Shown: one piece after another, positions 61,001 to 64,000 of the stretch | Position numbering within the stretch: position 1 is the first letter of the stretch | Layout of the letters: every line of letters starts with the position of its first letter | Origin: Bilabrum cf. latius | Taxonomy: Eukaryota | Direction: 5' to 3' | Assembly: GCA_965178125.1 (NCBI GenBank) | Contig: OZ237741.1 | Location: forward strand, 620,001-684,000 | DNA length: 64,000 bases | Program-made: the position numbers and the translations under genes | The notes under the pieces: model-generated | The model's database searches: none | What the model was told of the DNA's origin: nothing | The model's input: the letters and a program-made list of their open reading frames with translations, nothing else

Positions 61001-64000
61001 AGCTCCTGTGGTGTGCTCCAGCAGTCACAGTCGCGGTCGTCCAACTGAGGCCACCGTCGAACGAGGCTATCGCGGCGCTGGAAGCAGCTCGTCCGTTCTT
61101 TGCAACAGCTTCGTCGGCGCACCCAGCTGTCACAAACACGCCGCTTGGTGTGCCCGTGGCCGCATTCTTCTCGCATCTACCTGGCATCGCACCAACAAGC
61201 GTGTCCCAGCTCTACCCTCCATCTATGGATCTATACGCATCCTTCATTCTGGCGATTTCATACTTTCCACCCACCATGACTACGGTTGGATGACTGCTGC
61301 CTTTGGGAAAGACCGCCGCAGCAGCAAACTCGTCCAACTTTGGCAACTCCTACCTGTGAAGCTGCTCAAAACCACAGCATAAATTTCCGCGAAATGTGTG
61401 ATACTCCCTGCCGCTGCCTCCAGTCTCCGGATCGGCCTCTCCAACCACAAGCACAGTCTAGTTCCAGGCTATGTCGGGGGTAGGAAAATCTAAAGGGTTC
61501 TCCTGCACGTATGATTGAGCTGTCGGCACGGCAACTATTTCCCTGTGATGATCACCCCCAATGTCATCACCATCAAATACATAGAAGGACCACCCGAAGT
61601 CATCACTTCGCAACAATCTGTCTTCGTACCTGATTGCACCCGACTCATGCTTGTCACCATCATTGATAAGAATCGTTCCATTGGAAAGTACAGTCGCAGA
61701 CCCTCCCTCAATACTGAATGGGAATGTTGTCGATGTGCTCTGGTAGTTTTCCGACACTGTTTCCCAGGCACCGCCATCGCACGTACCTGGGCTCGACTTC
61801 CTCTGCGTGATGCTCTCCGCAAGTCGGGAGGCTTTGCCCCTGCCACGAGGACGGGCAAATACGGTCTATGCCTCCCTCAAAGACAGCTACGGCCCATTTG
61901 GCGTGCTAACCAATGATCCATCCAGGTCGCCACGAAACCTGGTGCCGTGGACTGCCACTGGCTGCATGGCAACGAGCCGCACAGCAGGTCCGTGCAGGTT
62001 GGTCAGCTGCGACAGTTCCCGCGTTGTGCGACGATATTGGCCTTTTCCGAGTTGCCTGGATGCTACCATGGGGTGGCTCCGGTTGTACTCTCCGGTGATC
62101 GGATCGAGTACGGCATGATCCGATCCGTGGTCGCACCATCTCGCGACCGTCGGCAGCTCCATGAGATAAACCGCCCCAAAGGGCGCGCCGGCTTCCTCCT
62201 GTTTGTACATTGGATTATCGTTGATGAACGCGGGGGCACCGGCGAGCAGCAGCGGGGTGGGCGACAGGGTTGCGTTCGTGAAGGGTGAGGCAGCCAGCGC
62301 AACGCCCTATCCAAATCGACCGGGTTCCCGCAGGTGCTCCGGAGCCGATATGAACCTCACACTACCGGGCACCACCAGCGGATGGTCAGCAGCATCCTGC
62401 GAGCTGGCATCGAGCCGATCCAGCACGGAGTCAGGCAGTTTCCCAGTCCCGGCATTGCCTGACATCCCCAGCGTGAAGAGAAGAATACCGCCTCGATCCT
62501 GTCTGTCGGGCGCAGTGCCTACATGCCTGTCAGAAGACATGCCATCGTCGAACGGGACTTCATAAGCACCCACTCCAAGCGCCACCTCTAGGAGTCCGTC
62601 GCCGTCCAGGTCCGCCGCAGAGACAGATGTGAACTCACCACCTCTCTGGTAGGGCAGGATCGAGTTGGGCCACATGCCACTGGCACGGCTCATTTGCTGG
62701 CCCAGCAGTACAACCCTATCGATAAACTAGGTAGCGGTGAAGGACAGGATAGCGAGCATGCGTGATGATGTCACATCGCCTGACGCCACCCATGGTACTG
62801 TTTGACCCCCAAAATTGGTGGAAGCAACCAACACGTCTGCCATCCCATCGCGATCGACGTCGCCAAGTGTTGCCAACGTGCTACCCAGCCCACTAAAACT
62901 GGCTAGCTTCTAGCCTTCACTGCTTCGGCTAAATCCAGTCACTAATGAAGAAGAGCTGTGGTATCCTAACCTTGTTGTGATGGGCTGGCGGCTAGCAGAA
63001 ATCGTGAGCGAGAAGATGCCACCCTTTGACTTGTAGTCAGCTGCACCGGCCAAGAATCCCTCAGCGCAGCCATCCCCATCAAAGTCCACGTTGGCCACGG
63101 ATACTCCAAATCTTCCGCCATTCCAGACACCCTAATTCAGCTTCACTTCATTCGCTAAAGGAACACCTTGGTTAATGGAGTTTGACATCGTGAACAGTGC
63201 AAACGTGCTAAAGTCCGGGGTCCCTGCGATAGGGTATGTTGCACGGCCGTCGGCATGCTGCTAAATCGCACCTCGGGCCACAGCAAACCGGTAAAACCCG
63301 CCCCTCCTACCGTACTAGTCTGGCTGTCCGATCGTGAAGATCACCTTGTCTGCTGGCAGATTTGCAGCGCCACGTGCATTCGTAGAGCACCCCATTGTCA
63401 CCGAAACCGAAGACCCCCATGCTGCGCCGATGTCATCAGCGACACCGTAGCCATCATCTCCAGCTTCCGCTGGTAACCCTGCTGCTAGCATCCTCCTGGG
63501 CCTGTAGGCCGCGTATCCAAGCCCGCCCCCGTACCCGTAAACATCTTGCCTTAGACGCACGCCGGAATCTCTCTGCTCAAACCCTGCCGTGCCCTCCATG
63601 CGATTCCTCCAATCGAGGAAAAAGACATACACAACCCCGTCTTGCTCCTTAAACGTGCTTTGTACGTACCTTTTTTCCCTGGGTTGACCTACAATTGCAT
63701 CCATCTGCCCATCTCCGTCTACATCGAACCAGAAAGCTGATGAACCCAGCCCAAAGCCATCTGGGTCACTGGAGCTCGGCACGTCTTTAGCCTGCCCAAA
63801 CTCACCTGTGGATAGCCAGGCGTTGTCCTTCTCCCGTGGATCACCCGCCTGTCCAGCCCCTCTCCCAAAGGCTCCCAGCAGCCGCGCAGGGAACGCCTAC
63901 GACGGACCGACCCACGCGCAGCCCCTGCACTCGACTGACACCCAGTCGCCGCCGTCCCCGGGAGACGCGCTGCCGCTCGTCGTGGGATACGAGACGCGGG
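52098..64000 (-). CDS. Giant cell-surface protein, 5-prime partial, more than 3960 aa: FG-GAP repeats, Asp-box repeats, IPT/TIG-like segment, Cys-rich region and C-terminal multi-TM domain
   Basis: Fifteen listed ORFs share one frame and are separated only by TAG (about 25). FG-GAP motifs DVDGDGQMDAIVGQP, NVDFDGDG...LAGA, GDVDRDGMADVLV, ADLDGDGLLEVALG. Asp-boxes RSDDFGWSF, RSIDGG[TAG]SW, SFDGGLSW, RSWDYGSHW. Cys-rich CPAGAVCPGG...PGFW. About 7 TM segments. Ends TGA. Confidence 0.85.

Noticed and set aside
902-64000. Pseudogene cluster or sequencing errors explaining the internal stops
   Set aside because: The interruptions are exclusively TAG, with no frameshifts and no internal TAA/TGA. They occur in housekeeping genes and often at Gln-typical positions.
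902-64000. Pyrrolysine or selenocysteine recoding, or a recoded phage
   Set aside because: The genes are eukaryotic with spliceosomal introns, no pyl genes are present, TAG is widespread at non-catalytic sites, and TGA behaves as the normal stop.
1-64000. Suppressor tRNA-Gln(CUA) or eRF1 gene in this window
   Set aside because: No tRNA cloverleaf or eRF1 motif was seen by eye; a tRNAscan-SE run is needed to be sure.

Overview
GC-rich, gene-dense, intron-containing eukaryotic nuclear DNA with GT-AG spliceosomal introns that mostly end in ...CGCAG. It is probably a protist; a stramenopile or bicosoecid-like flagellate is only my guess. The main observation is a non-standard genetic code. About 84 in-frame TAG codons (manual count) interrupt otherwise intact genes, and I found no internal TAA or TGA in those frames. 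Several TAGs sit at positions where homologues usually have Gln: NGGL[TAG]ALGWP, GIWEK[TAG]SS, LYL[TAG]HN, KLY[TAG]G, and TAG inside CAG runs. Reading UAG=Gln with UAA/UGA as stops joins the fragmented ORF track into about 19 genes: a secreted beta-helix protein, an LRR protein, AP-3 delta, a KEA/TMCO3-like antiporter, a degenerate kinase-DUF2064 fusion, a VPS9 GEF, H2A.Z, YEATS4/Yaf9, an SLC37/OPA-type MFS transporter, eIF5B, RagA/B, centrin, an MA3 protein, a DUF1800-DUF1501 fusion, a >3900-aa FG-GAP/multi-TM surface protein and several hypotheticals. All gene models and family calls were made by eye, without database searches.
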